A stretch of 53,137 bases of DNA from a virus (Duplodnaviria > Caudoviricetes): IMG/VR virus record IMGVR_UViG_3300043443_000196, positions 1-53,137 of that record. One strand, 5' to 3'. The stretch's first letter is position 1, and each line of letters opens with the position of its first letter. Below, in pieces: positions 37,401-47,320 of this stretch. The position numbers and the translations under genes were made by a program. The notes under the pieces were generated by a model. It saw only the letters and a list, made by a program, of their open reading frames with translations, made no database searches and was not told the DNA's origin.

Positions 37401-37586
37401 ATCAGCAGTTGGTATTGTGGTGGTTCCAGTGAAAACTGCATTGTTTATCGGAGCTTTGATGTCTAATTCAGCCTGTATACCTCTAAAATTACCGTCTAAC
37501 TCATCATTGGAAAGTGGGGATCCTTTATATGCAGTTGACGCATTTTGGTTTGGTATAGAGCCTTTTCGATAAACTAAGTTTGCCAT
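34401..37586 (-). CDS. Long repetitive fibre protein (1061 aa)
   Basis: N-terminal KGSPLS.DELD.NF motif; many GVTGATTLSSTL and VNTNKFTITAASGNTSIAGTL repeats; C-terminal globular domain. Confidence 0.85.
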   Translation of the reverse strand: MANLVYRKGSIPNQNASTAYKGSPLSNDELDGNFRGIQAELDIKAPINNAVFTGTTTIPTADINGGAIDGTAIGAITPSSGVFTSLSTTSSATIGSDTSDVLFIQSGAVASPGITFVGDVDTGLWRPAANTIAVSAGGSEKIRATTTLVTLTGNTSVTGTLAVGSDISVNTNKFTIVATSGNTSIAGTLGVTGATTLSSTLGVTGATTLSSTLGVVGDVTVNTNKFTITAASGNTSIAGTLGVIGDVSVNTNKFTITAASGNTSIAGTLGVTDATTLSSTLGVTGATTLSSTLGVASLATFSGGVTISGNTTAATEYFRITDGAGTPVTKFLVDSANGNTTVEGTLSVNGATTLSSTLGVAGNLSVNTNKFNVIASSGNTAIAGTLGVTGATTLSSTLGVTGATTLSSTLDVTGATTLSSTLGVTGNVSVNTNKFTITAASGNTSIAGTLDVTGATTLSSTLGVTGNVSVNTNKFTITAASGNTSIAGTLGVTDATNLSSTLGVTGNVTVNTNKFIITAASGNTSIAGTLDVTGATTLSSTLGVTGATTLSSTLGVTGNVTVNTNKFIITAASGNTSIAGTLGVTDATTLSSTLGVTSLATFSGGVTLSGSETAATEYFRITDGAGTPITKFLVDSANGNTSIAGTLSVTGATALNGGLTMDTDKFTVADGTGVVTAGASITLQHSGNAIAIVGNSGSTTANVFNTISTTLNFGGAGTSISIGSSSGTTNVKHNLDVDLDLNVDGGDITTSATSFNLINGTATTVNFAGAGTSISIGSSSGTTNVKHNLDVDLDLNVDGGDITTSATSFNLLNATATTINFGGAADVLIGGAAKTITSNGNFAIATDKTFSQSGTGTFSTGSGAVSLNGNTSVTGSKTFTVGTGATSLGGSLSVTGTTTLSDNVTVGNNKSVTLQSDYTAGSTFDGDTVLKSYNANLGAGLSINGLSVIANATKVTTTTTNGTNIGPSFDIADYRTVEFTVQIKQGTNYQSSKILAIHDGTNVQWNEYSIVKIGTFTTADPILTPTISQVGTSGKYVLNIVAQSGSTTSTEYTVTAIATAI
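35167..35441. repeat. 113-nt exact direct repeat (162-nt period)
   Basis: 35167-35279 matches 35329-35441. Confidence 0.8.
35640..37080. repeat. Composite tandem repeat array (36-, 84- and 120-nt units) in the fibre gene
   Basis: GTTCCAGCTATGCT(A/G)GTGTTACC recurs about nine times; 36121-36240 and 36241-36360 differ at a single base. Confidence 0.85.
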
Positions 37587-37587
37587 A

Positions 37588-37821
37588 TTACTCTTCTAAT
37601 TTTTGTATTATTCGTTCCAGAAGGTTTTCCATTTTGGATAAACGATCATCTAACTGTCTGACTTCGTTTTCTAAAGTCTTATTTTTATTTAGCAATGAAG
37701 CCATCATAGCCTTTTTCTTCCTATGCTCCATTAGAGCGGAGGAATCATTTGCTATGATGGCTTTCGAATGCGGGTCTCTTACAAGACCCGGTGAATCTAT
37801 GACTTTAGCGTAGTCTGTCAT
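37588..37821 (-). CDS. Conserved small coiled-coil protein of T4-like baseplate regions
   Basis: KV...P.L.RD..S.AII..D motif plus a C-terminal coiled coil; coupled to the VrlC-like gene. Confidence 0.75.
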   Translation of the reverse strand: MTDYAKVIDSPGLVRDPHSKAIIANDSSALMEHRKKKAMMASLLNKNKTLENEVRQLDDRLSKMENLLERIIQKLEE

Positions 37822-40800
37822 TAATTAGTTAAAGCAAGAACTCGAAGATCCTTAACGAGAGGAACCTTCGTTGTATCGTTTGATAATAACACCAGTTTAA
37901 CAGCGAATGTTCCAAATCTTTCTCCAGTAGAAAGAGCAACGGAATCAGAATCGCCGTTTGTGTATGGGGTCTTGTACTTATACTCAACGTATCCAGCTGG
38001 TGTTATGGTACCAGATGATTCTAAAGTCATTGGAACCCATGGATTATCCTCAAGTATAGCATCGGTCAACGAAGTGACTCTGTAATAAGGAACGACGTTA
38101 CAACCAGAAGGTATTTTCGCATAGAAATACACTTTCATGTCATCAGAATAAAAATCTGAGTTTAGAGTTACCTTTCGAGTGATATATCTAGAAAGAGCTT
38201 GAGCTCTTCTTAGAACAGTTCCCCCTTGTGCTAAACTCGAGGCAGTTCCAACCTTATTATACTTTAGCGTGGTGCCGGAAGCATAAGTTAAAACTGCTAT
38301 TCCATTAACAGCGATCGTTTCTTCAGCGGAGACATACACCGTATCACCAACCGAGAAGCCATGACTTCCAGAAGTTGTTATAGTGACTTCAGTGGTGGTT
38401 GCAACAACATTTGTTATTGTTGCGGACGAGTTTTCAGTTTCGCTGTTATTATTGTTGTTGATGATATTTTGAACTAACGCAGCGGAGAGTCTAGACAAGT
38501 CAATAACAGGAGAAACATCACGATTAGTGGTTGAAATATTACAAAGGAATCTCAATGATGTTCCATTATCCGGATCCAACGATCTTCTGCTCTTCATTGT
38601 AACATTACTTCCTAACTGATACGGCGTCCAATTACTATCCTTGGAGAACACGGAGCCAGTTAACTGAGCAGTCTTATAATAATAATCAACATTCGTTGAT
38701 GAGAAGTCAAGTATTTCACCGTCAACGAATAACAAATCATAGTCAATCTTTTCAGAATTCATCTGAGCTTTAGATGCAACTGAATTGAGAGTTATTGATT
38801 TAACAGTATTAACTGGGAACACACACTTTCTCAATCTCATACATAGATCGTCCGTCTGTTCAGCAGTCCAAGTTCTTCCGTTACCGCTATAAAATATAGA
38901 TCCGGTTAACGGTTGTTTTGTTGCTCTAACATTAGGAGAACCAAGTAAAAATTCCCCGATTCTTGATATGTACAGCTGGAAATCATTCACAGGAGATCCA
39001 ACAACTAAAGCATATTCCGTATCAGGAGATAAGAATATCGGGGCTTCGAACTTAAAGTTAGTAGCTACTTTTGTAGTTGCGGATGGTTCTGAGACAGTTA
39101 TTTCTCTAGAATGTTTAGTACATGTTGCAAGAGGCAATACTTCAGATGATGAGGGGTATCCATTAACTGTTGTTCTTATAGAAACAGTTATCGGTGCGTC
39201 CTCGTCGGTGCTCTTTTTCTTTAAGAAAAGATCAACTGAATCTACGAAAATACCATCAGGGTTTTCTCTTGAAGACACGAAGAAAGTTTGTGCCAGTGGA
39301 TCATCTGCAGTTCCAGCATCGAATGTTGCTGTGGAAACGTAAGTTAAAATCCAAGTAGAAGATACAGTAGTGGTGTCTGAACCACTATCTGCTGCGTTGG
39401 TACCCTCAACTGCAGTGACAAGAGACACATTCGCAGAAATAGTGCAAATCGGTGCCTTTGTTGTTCCGAATATAGTCGTTGTATTATTTCTGGCATTCGA
39501 AGTAGTTTCAAACGTAGCTTCAAACGTATAACTCTTTCCGGTGACTAAAGCCATTGGCAGAGAAACTACGTTACCATTATATCTAAAAGTCGTCCCAGAA
39601 ACAAAGGAAGACCAACGACCGTTTGTTTGTTCCGTTCTTGTCAAAGAATTCAGAGTTATCGGAGTCCCATCTGGTATTGTTTGATTTCCGCTAACGCTTA
39701 TTGTGAACTTATAAGTTACTGCTGTTGGCGGATTTGAGAGGGAAACTACGCCATCTGTATTTGTTCCTGTGTATGACAAAGTTACAGATGCTGGTGTATC
39801 AACAACAACATCTAGAGTTGGAGTTGTTTCAGGCAACAGATTGTCGGTTTTCCCTGGGCAAACAATTTTCCATTTCCACGCGGTTCCCGCCAGCGGGGCA
39901 TCAACTATTAGCTGAGCTTTGGTCGGGAATATTGACGTTTTTTTGAATCTAAGTTTTCCGGAAACTGGGTTGTTGTCATTTATAACACTCGTAACTGATG
40001 GGTATCCACGAGAGTTCAACTGACTGTTATATGCTGAGTCTCCTCTGAAACCAGTTGTATATTCCGTTCCATTCCAAATAATAGTATAACGATCTGGGAT
40101 TCCTGACGGATCATAGTTAACTCCACAAGAACCAATATCAGTTCCAAAATCGATATCGTATGTGAATTTTCCAGAACGACCAGATCCAGTTGCGGTGTCA
40201 CCGCAACGAACAGTCACATCCTTTTTCACTGTTGAAACAGTGGAGGATTCAGAAACGTTAACTGTCGTCTTTACCTTTGTTTTAGATACTGGATTTATTG
40301 AAACAGTCTGCACTCTTGTTGATATGATGTCTTTTTGTAAGGACATCGCCAGACCCATCGCAACGTATTTTGCCTCAGCTGCAGTGTTTGCATAATCACC
40401 AAGATCATCGGCAATTCTGAAAACTCTCTCACCAGTTCTGAAGGTTGATGCTGGTATGCTGAAATAACCCGCTATATCACCAGCTTCATCGGTTGCCAGA
40501 GAAGCGGTCGACGAATACACAACATCGCTTATAGTTTCCCCGCTTACCCAAGAACCTTTCTTATACCATTCAACTGAGTCACCAGCTTCGAAAAGGTATT
40601 CGCCAGACACCATCTTAACGAATGCCTTATTTGATTTAAGAAGAATAACGTCCGCTTCTTTAGACGTTCCTGATTTTCTGACTTTCGTGGCGCCAGGAAC
40701 CGTTTTGAGATATATCGCTGGAGCTTGCACACAGCGAGAGGTTACCTCCACATCATCGAATGATGTGTACACCACAGTGTTTGGTTGCAATTTAGAAGCT

Positions 40801-43800
40801 GCGAAATTAACGATTCTTGGTCGTATGAATGTGGCGAGCGAAGTGTCCACTACCTTGGAACCGAGATCTCGAGTGACAGTTGAAATTGACGATCTATCAA
40901 CCTCAATACCAGATGCGTAATAAAGATCGTTTACAGTTGTTGTGGTTGTTGTGGTTGTTGTGGTTGCGGTAGTCTGGATTGCTTTACCAGAAGTTCCGTT
41001 TGTTAATTCTGTTTTGACATTGTCTGAGGACTTGACTGCAGTCGATACATCAACACCCTTGTCAACAAACTGCCAGTCTGCCCACTTCACGCCAGTTGAT
41101 GCAGGGTTTTCAACATTGTCAGCCAAGACGGTAAATGCGTCGTTATTGCCATTGACATTAACAACAACGTCTGGCAACTGAGTTTGATCGGACCAGGTGT
41201 CAGAAGAAGGTGATAATTTTATTTCCCCATTCCACTCAAATGATGCATATCTCTGGATGTCAGCCCAATTCGTTGGTTGAGAATTATTAAGAATGACTTC
41301 TGTTGAATAAGGAAGAGTTATCAATTCTTCTTCTAAAGAATATGCGCTGGATGATGTTTCACTTCTATTGATATCAAACTCAACAGTCTGTTTGGCGAAT
41401 CTTGGTCTCAAAATTCTCGATACGCTGTCAATAGAAGCGGAATATTGCGCGGATCCTACGTCACTTACACCAAATCCAGCAAAAGAATCAACTAAAATTC
41501 CATTCTTGAATTTATCCATCCCGGAAGCATTAAGAATCGTTTCATCAGATGCTTGTTTTTCAAGCAATGACATAGCTGTGTAATATTCTACTCGGGAAAC
41601 TCTGTTATCGATTTTCCCGATATCCTTCATAGTGTATCGCTTATTTTCGATGAATTCAAGTTTGACTTCTCTTGCGCTGAATGTGTATGCAGGAACCTGA
41701 ATGTTATAAATCGTCATCGCATCAGGTAAATCAGCGGGTATCGATGGGTTCTTGGAAGGAACGCCTCGAATCAAATCAAATCTCTTTTCCTTAGTTATTA
41801 TTAGTTTATCAGTTCTTGCGAGATAATATTCATAGTCTGTTGTGACGTAATTCCCGGGTTCGCAAATTTCGCTTCCAACTATGTTAGAACTAACGGTGGT
41901 TCCAATAGGAGAGCCCTCTGTTCCTGGGAAATTGGCAATATTTGCTCTTCTTGGTCTGAAATCAATAACATCTCTTAAAGAAACAAGTTCACCACTTGCT
42001 GAATTAAATGATGGTATATTCTCATATGGAACCACCAAGTTATCGTTAGAGTTGGTGATATCATAAGAGTTAATTGAGAAATACCCTTCCGAAGATCCAT
42101 GCACGAAGTATTCTAAGGTAACAACCAATCTGTTATAAATTGATGGACTAGCTGGTAAATTTCCAGGTTTTAATACCAGTGACGCGTTATCGTACACGTA
42201 ATCTCTTTGACCATTGTCAAGAGAATACTTGTTTGTGACATCTATTGGTACAGTTCCTGTATTGGTAGAATGTTTTGCAACAATACTAACTATTCTATAA
42301 ACATCAGAAACGCCGAGAGTTATTTTTGAGGCTGCTGAATTAGTTAGATAAACAGTAGTTGATGTTCTAGTCTTACCTTTTGCTTGGGTCGATACTGATA
42401 TCTTTGCATATATATCATACACCGCCCCATTCGTGAATGATCCAGTTAGAGTGAATGAAGATCCACTTACGGAAACGGACGATATTGACGTTGCACGAGT
42501 GCCGTCTTGTTTTATGACAACATAATCCAGCGGGTCAGAAGAAATATATGCTTTCCCCTCAGTTGTTATACTAATGCTAGGGGAAAGAGTTGTAGCGGTT
42601 GCAGTTCCAGAAGTTTTTATCTGGGAAATGTAACTGGTGTCAACGACTGATTTTGTTGGTGAATCTTTTAGTTTGATTAAAAGTGGACTCTTCTTGGCAC
42701 GGTATAACTTCTCTGTGTTAGCGGTGTCAATTACAGCGGTCCAGGGATTGCTGTAAAGATTGTTTGCTTGAGATATAGAATACGGTGAATCGATAACGAC
42801 ATTAGTTACGTATACTCTTAATTGTGTCGTTGATATCGCCTTAACGAACGATACGTACGCAGTACCGATTTGAGTATTTGACGAATTTCTAATACTTATC
42901 TGCGGAACTGCTGAATAATCGATCGATGTTCCTGTCGGATTATTAACGATGAAATAATCGCCGTATGCAGCTTCATTGAGTGAATTTTCTTCCGACTCGT
43001 AATCTCGTGCTTTATCCAGATCGATAGTTATAGTAGACGTCGTCTCAAACTCGTACCCTTTAACGTATGCTTTACCTGGTTCAATTGAGATTGATAATTT
43101 ATCTACGTCTTTCTTGACATTGTTGGTGATTTTGGCTTTAAATGGCTTTACCGTATAATTGCCGGATTCATCATAGGTTCTACGTGCAAGAACATCCTCT
43201 AGAGCACCAAGATTTGGATTCTTCAATGATTTTATTAAAACACCAGCTCTATATCTAGCTAATTCTATGAAATTATCTTCAGTGCTCTCAATCATTAATT
43301 CCGCATCAGATTCCGCGACTGGATTGTAACTTGCAGTGACAAGATCAAGTGAAATTTGCACTCTGTCAGCTCCTGGAGCTGCATAATTCAAGGTTCCGGA
43401 TGATGGATCCAATAAAGTCTCATCTTCCTGATAAGAAATAATCTGTTCAGTGACTCTTAATCCAACCTTTACAGTCGGTAACGCATTATCTGAAAGAATT
43501 ATTGTTTGGGATGGAGCGACTACAAAATAATCCTTAACGTAGAATACGGATTCTTGTAATTTAAATGCCGATGCGGTTCCAATATGCTCAGCATTGTTTG
43601 TTAAGATGAGTTCACCAACTGTAGTTACGGTGGCATTCTCATTTAAAATTTCGCCAGCGCTTAATTTGTTTCCGTTTAGATATGAGAAATACAGACGGGA
43701 AACACCAGCAGATACGTTATTCTTATATGCAACAACCTTTATCTTGCTCTTGTTAGTCTGAGAAATTAAAATCTTTCCAACATAATCACTGATGTCACCC

Positions 43801-44030
43801 TTAACGACATCCACGAATACAACGTTAAATCTGGAGCTTTCGCCGCCGAGGACAAGCGACTCATTCTTGAACAAGAAACCGCCGATTGATTTTATCTGCT
43901 GCTGTATAGCAGATTGCATCTGCGTCAACTCACGAGCTTGAACCGGAACTCCTGGTTTAAATAAAACCTTGACGTAGTTCTTCGTTGGTTCGAAATCGTC
44001 AAAATAAGGATCGATATTGTAATTGCTCAT
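37821..44030 (-). CDS. Giant baseplate/tail structural protein, VrlC-like (DUF4815-type)
   Basis: PYFDDF...KNY.KVLFKPG..VQARELTQ.QS, APGADR, LARRTYDESG.Y.V.PF, NKRYTM.DIG, FKNG..VD.F, DPLAQTF and C-terminal P.VKDLRVLAL. Confidence 0.88.
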   Translation of the reverse strand: MSNYNIDPYFDDFEPTKNYVKVLFKPGVPVQARELTQMQSAIQQQIKSIGGFLFKNESLVLGGESSRFNVVFVDVVKGDISDYVGKILISQTNKSKIKVVAYKNNVSAGVSRLYFSYLNGNKLSAGEILNENATVTTVGELILTNNAEHIGTASAFKLQESVFYVKDYFVVAPSQTIILSDNALPTVKVGLRVTEQIISYQEDETLLDPSSGTLNYAAPGADRVQISLDLVTASYNPVAESDAELMIESTEDNFIELARYRAGVLIKSLKNPNLGALEDVLARRTYDESGNYTVKPFKAKITNNVKKDVDKLSISIEPGKAYVKGYEFETTSTITIDLDKARDYESEENSLNEAAYGDYFIVNNPTGTSIDYSAVPQISIRNSSNTQIGTAYVSFVKAISTTQLRVYVTNVVIDSPYSISQANNLYSNPWTAVIDTANTEKLYRAKKSPLLIKLKDSPTKSVVDTSYISQIKTSGTATATTLSPSISITTEGKAYISSDPLDYVVIKQDGTRATSISSVSVSGSSFTLTGSFTNGAVYDIYAKISVSTQAKGKTRTSTTVYLTNSAASKITLGVSDVYRIVSIVAKHSTNTGTVPIDVTNKYSLDNGQRDYVYDNASLVLKPGNLPASPSIYNRLVVTLEYFVHGSSEGYFSINSYDITNSNDNLVVPYENIPSFNSASGELVSLRDVIDFRPRRANIANFPGTEGSPIGTTVSSNIVGSEICEPGNYVTTDYEYYLARTDKLIITKEKRFDLIRGVPSKNPSIPADLPDAMTIYNIQVPAYTFSAREVKLEFIENKRYTMKDIGKIDNRVSRVEYYTAMSLLEKQASDETILNASGMDKFKNGILVDSFAGFGVSDVGSAQYSASIDSVSRILRPRFAKQTVEFDINRSETSSSAYSLEEELITLPYSTEVILNNSQPTNWADIQRYASFEWNGEIKLSPSSDTWSDQTQLPDVVVNVNGNNDAFTVLADNVENPASTGVKWADWQFVDKGVDVSTAVKSSDNVKTELTNGTSGKAIQTTATTTTTTTTTTVNDLYYASGIEVDRSSISTVTRDLGSKVVDTSLATFIRPRIVNFAASKLQPNTVVYTSFDDVEVTSRCVQAPAIYLKTVPGATKVRKSGTSKEADVILLKSNKAFVKMVSGEYLFEAGDSVEWYKKGSWVSGETISDVVYSSTASLATDEAGDIAGYFSIPASTFRTGERVFRIADDLGDYANTAAEAKYVAMGLAMSLQKDIISTRVQTVSINPVSKTKVKTTVNVSESSTVSTVKKDVTVRCGDTATGSGRSGKFTYDIDFGTDIGSCGVNYDPSGIPDRYTIIWNGTEYTTGFRGDSAYNSQLNSRGYPSVTSVINDNNPVSGKLRFKKTSIFPTKAQLIVDAPLAGTAWKWKIVCPGKTDNLLPETTPTLDVVVDTPASVTLSYTGTNTDGVVSLSNPPTAVTYKFTISVSGNQTIPDGTPITLNSLTRTEQTNGRWSSFVSGTTFRYNGNVVSLPMALVTGKSYTFEATFETTSNARNNTTTIFGTTKAPICTISANVSLVTAVEGTNAADSGSDTTTVSSTWILTYVSTATFDAGTADDPLAQTFFVSSRENPDGIFVDSVDLFLKKKSTDEDAPITVSIRTTVNGYPSSSEVLPLATCTKHSREITVSEPSATTKVATNFKFEAPIFLSPDTEYALVVGSPVNDFQLYISRIGEFLLGSPNVRATKQPLTGSIFYSGNGRTWTAEQTDDLCMRLRKCVFPVNTVKSITLNSVASKAQMNSEKIDYDLLFVDGEILDFSSTNVDYYYKTAQLTGSVFSKDSNWTPYQLGSNVTMKSRRSLDPDNGTSLRFLCNISTTNRDVSPVIDLSRLSAALVQNIINNNNNSETENSSATITNVVATTTEVTITTSGSHGFSVGDTVYVSAEETIAVNGIAVLTYASGTTLKYNKVGTASSLAQGGTVLRRAQALSRYITRKVTLNSDFYSDDMKVYFYAKIPSGCNVVPYYRVTSLTDAILEDNPWVPMTLESSGTITPAGYVEYKYKTPYTNGDSDSVALSTGERFGTFAVKLVLLSNDTTKVPLVKDLRVLALTN

Positions 44031-44031
44031 A

Positions 44032-47000
44032 TTAGAAATTTATTACCGTTCTGAATGAAAGAGTTTGGTCTTGATTTTGTGTGAATTCAGTTGAACTGTT
44101 CGCTATCATCAAGACGTCGCCTGTTCTTGAGTCAATCTCTGGCTCAGTAACTGCAGTAACCGTGAATGTCACTGGACCAGATATACTCATATTTGTATTT
44201 ATTCGCCCGCCATTTAGTGGTTGCAGCAACAATCTGTTGAAACCGCTGTCTTGTTGTTCAAGGGTTGATATAACTCTGTAGTATTTATCACCGTTCGTTT
44301 GATCCGTGATTGTCATTATAGAACCATCCGGAACAGAATTAACATCAAAGAAACCAGAAACTGTATAACAAGCACTTGGGAATCTTGACTCGACGAATCT
44401 TTGGCTTAAAGTCGTTTTCGTTATAAAGTAATCAGAAGTTAGTTTCTTTCTTAACTTAACAACTGCTCCTGGAAGAACGAAGCCGGAATTAGATCTTATT
44501 ATCAAACTGCTCGTTTTGTTGTTGGTGTTGGCGCTCATTATAGTGAATTCTCTATTAGCCTCGTCGACCAAAACACTTCCAACGATAAAATTAGCGAATT
44601 TAGTTAGTATATAATTACTACCACCTTTTGATACAGAACAACTGGTTATACCGCCGCCGGAAATTATAGCATTTATAACCGCACCTACTCCCTCACCGCC
44701 GCTTATGACAGCAGTTGGAGTTGACACGTATCCATAACCATAATCTAACATAGTTATGGAAGATACTTGCCCTACAACCTTAGCGTAAGCTAGCGCGCCA
44801 GTTCCAGAACCACCGCTGAATGAAACAGTTGGCGTTGAAGTGTAGTTATTTCCCTGACTTGTCATTGTTATAGAAGAAACCGACCCAATTATTCCAACTT
44901 GTGCAGATGCAGTTCCAAGAACAGGCTCGAATACAAATCCTTTTCTATTTGTCCCTCCACCAACTACATTTATTGTTGGGGTTGATGTGTAACCAGATCC
45001 AGGATTCGTTATATTCACAGCAACTATACCAGCACCAATTGACGCTACAGCTTGAGCTCCACTTCCGCTACCACCAGTGAAAGAAATGGTTGGTATTGAA
45101 GTGAATGAATATCCTCTACTTGTTATTATAATATCCGTGACTTTACCATTGGAAACAACTGCAGTAGCTGATGCTCCACCAGCTCCTGCGCCACCACCGG
45201 AAATATCAACAGTCGGAGCCGATGTATACCCGCTTCCTTGATTCGTCAATGTTATTTTTCTAATACAGTTTTCAACAAATGCTTCTGCTGTAGCGCCATT
45301 TCCACCACCGCCAGTCACGGATATTGTTGGATTTGATGTGAACCCTTCACCAGAGTCAATAATTTTAATATCAGACACCCCACAAGAACCCCGGAAAGAA
45401 ACACTTGGTGATGACTGGTATTTGCTCCCGGAACTGTTTAATGTCAACGCTGATGTTGTGCCTGTTAATACCGCAGTTGCCGCAGCATTAATACCAGTCC
45501 CGGTGAAAACTACAGTCGGCGCGGCTGTATATCCAGTTCCAGGATTCGTGACAACAACCTTTATAATTTTACCGTTGTTAACGTAAGCAGTTGCTGCTGC
45601 GTCAGTTCCACCGCCACCTCCAGTGAATGATACTGTTGGAGCACTCGTATAAGAACTTCCCTGGTTGGTTATATCAATTGCACCAACCCCAGTGCTAATA
45701 GAAGAAGTTATTCTGGCTCCAGATCCAGTAGTTGATGTCAGAATAACTTGTGGTGGAGAATAATATCCAACGCCGCCGTAACTTATAGCTGACGCCATCG
45801 ATGTTGAATCAACTCTTGCGGAAATCGTTGCTACGGCGGAAGCACCGGAACCACCGCCACCAGTTATATTGACCGTCGGAACAGAAGTATAATCTTTCCC
45901 GCCATCTTCAAGAAAGATGTTTTGAATATTCTTTCCCGTCACATTAACTCGACCAACGGCACCTTGACCTCCACCACCGTAGAAGTTGATTATTGGTCCA
46001 AAGTCTGCATCAACTTGATATCTTTTGGGGGAAACTTGATCGTGTATGTTAACACTATAATCATAATTTCTGATGTTCTTGATAATTCCGTGCTGTTTAT
46101 AAGTGGCAACAACATCGAAGTCCGATAATCTGTCAGTGTAGACGCTGCTGTGGAACATCAAAGAGTTAGAATGGAATTCGTCAACTGCATCTCGACCATG
46201 ACCAAGATTTTGAGAAACGTTCACTCTACATACAACATCAACAACTGCTGGATATGTTCCAAGCAATGATGTTCTACTTGGATTAGTTTGAGGGGTGACA
46301 ACAGCTTGAGCCCATGAATAGCCAGTACCTGGATTTGTTACCTTAATTCTTGAAATTGTGTTATCCGCGTTAACTATCAATTGAGCGGTCGCACCAGAAC
46401 CATCACCAATTATCTTAACAGTTGAACCAGTTCCATCATTACTTGTTGGCGCGTAACCAGTTCCTATAGTTGTCACATCAATGGAGTCGACTGTTCCTGG
46501 CGTTGAGAGCAATTCAACAAGAGCTTGATCACTATCTAAGTCGCCAACATTAAGATCCGCGACGACTTCTGCGCCTTGACCAGAAGCCGAACTACGAACG
46601 ATAAGAGTCGCTTTTGTGTAATCCCTTCCTGGATTTCTCACGATTACATCGCCAAGCTGACCGTTATAAATCACTGGTTCTAAAACTGCTCCGGTGCCAT
46701 CCCCAACAACCTCAATCCAAGTTGTAGCTTGAGCGTACCCTGACCCAGATTTGACGATCACGAGTTCGTTGAGACCACCGTCCGAGTAATATCTACTCTG
46801 TAGAGAATTGAAGACTGGAAGATAGTCAGCAGTTAGAAACTTATTTCGCATTCCTGCTGGTATCGTATACATGTAACGCCAGACGTAACCATCTGCAGTA
46901 GTCACATTATAAGCGGAAGTCGATGTTGGTCTTACTGTGGAGGCTGCACCGTAATTATTATCAATGCACTTATAGACTCTGTAATTCTGATCATCGTAGA

Positions 47001-47316
47001 CATAAAACTTCGGTCCATTTACGGGGTGTATTACGCCAGTTTCCAATGAAGAAACTTTATCATAAACCTGACCAGACGACCAGTTGAATCTAGGAACAAC
47101 GAATGCCACATCGTTAGCGTATAAACGATTGGCGGCAACCATATTTCGTCTGACTTTACCTTCATACTCCCTCGTCGATAACGGAGTAGTTTCTAGATTG
47201 ACCCCATTTGCCGGGTTACCGAAGAAGTAGTAGTAATTATTGCGACGAGATAGTATATCTTCGTAGATACTCTGCGCGATGGATTTTCTTAGCTTATTTG
47301 TTATTATTGATGCCAT
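44032..47316 (-). CDS. 8: Baseplate wedge protein gp8-like, greatly expanded by internal repeats
   Basis: VVPR.NWSSG..YD, FYV......VYKCIDN and DGYVWRYMYTI; C-terminal ...RTVINF; about 16 I.I.N.G.GYT..PTV modules. Confidence 0.82.
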   Translation of the reverse strand: MASIITNKLRKSIAQSIYEDILSRRNNYYYFFGNPANGVNLETTPLSTREYEGKVRRNMVAANRLYANDVAFVVPRFNWSSGQVYDKVSSLETGVIHPVNGPKFYVYDDQNYRVYKCIDNNYGAASTVRPTSTSAYNVTTADGYVWRYMYTIPAGMRNKFLTADYLPVFNSLQSRYYSDGGLNELVIVKSGSGYAQATTWIEVVGDGTGAVLEPVIYNGQLGDVIVRNPGRDYTKATLIVRSSASGQGAEVVADLNVGDLDSDQALVELLSTPGTVDSIDVTTIGTGYAPTSNDGTGSTVKIIGDGSGATAQLIVNADNTISRIKVTNPGTGYSWAQAVVTPQTNPSRTSLLGTYPAVVDVVCRVNVSQNLGHGRDAVDEFHSNSLMFHSSVYTDRLSDFDVVATYKQHGIIKNIRNYDYSVNIHDQVSPKRYQVDADFGPIINFYGGGGQGAVGRVNVTGKNIQNIFLEDGGKDYTSVPTVNITGGGGSGASAVATISARVDSTSMASAISYGGVGYYSPPQVILTSTTGSGARITSSISTGVGAIDITNQGSSYTSAPTVSFTGGGGGTDAAATAYVNNGKIIKVVVTNPGTGYTAAPTVVFTGTGINAAATAVLTGTTSALTLNSSGSKYQSSPSVSFRGSCGVSDIKIIDSGEGFTSNPTISVTGGGGNGATAEAFVENCIRKITLTNQGSGYTSAPTVDISGGGAGAGGASATAVVSNGKVTDIIITSRGYSFTSIPTISFTGGSGSGAQAVASIGAGIVAVNITNPGSGYTSTPTINVVGGGTNRKGFVFEPVLGTASAQVGIIGSVSSITMTSQGNNYTSTPTVSFSGGSGTGALAYAKVVGQVSSITMLDYGYGYVSTPTAVISGGEGVGAVINAIISGGGITSCSVSKGGSNYILTKFANFIVGSVLVDEANREFTIMSANTNNKTSSLIIRSNSGFVLPGAVVKLRKKLTSDYFITKTTLSQRFVESRFPSACYTVSGFFDVNSVPDGSIMTITDQTNGDKYYRVISTLEQQDSGFNRLLLQPLNGGRINTNMSISGPVTFTVTAVTEPEIDSRTGDVLMIANSSTEFTQNQDQTLSFRTVINF

Positions 47317-47320
47317 ATAA

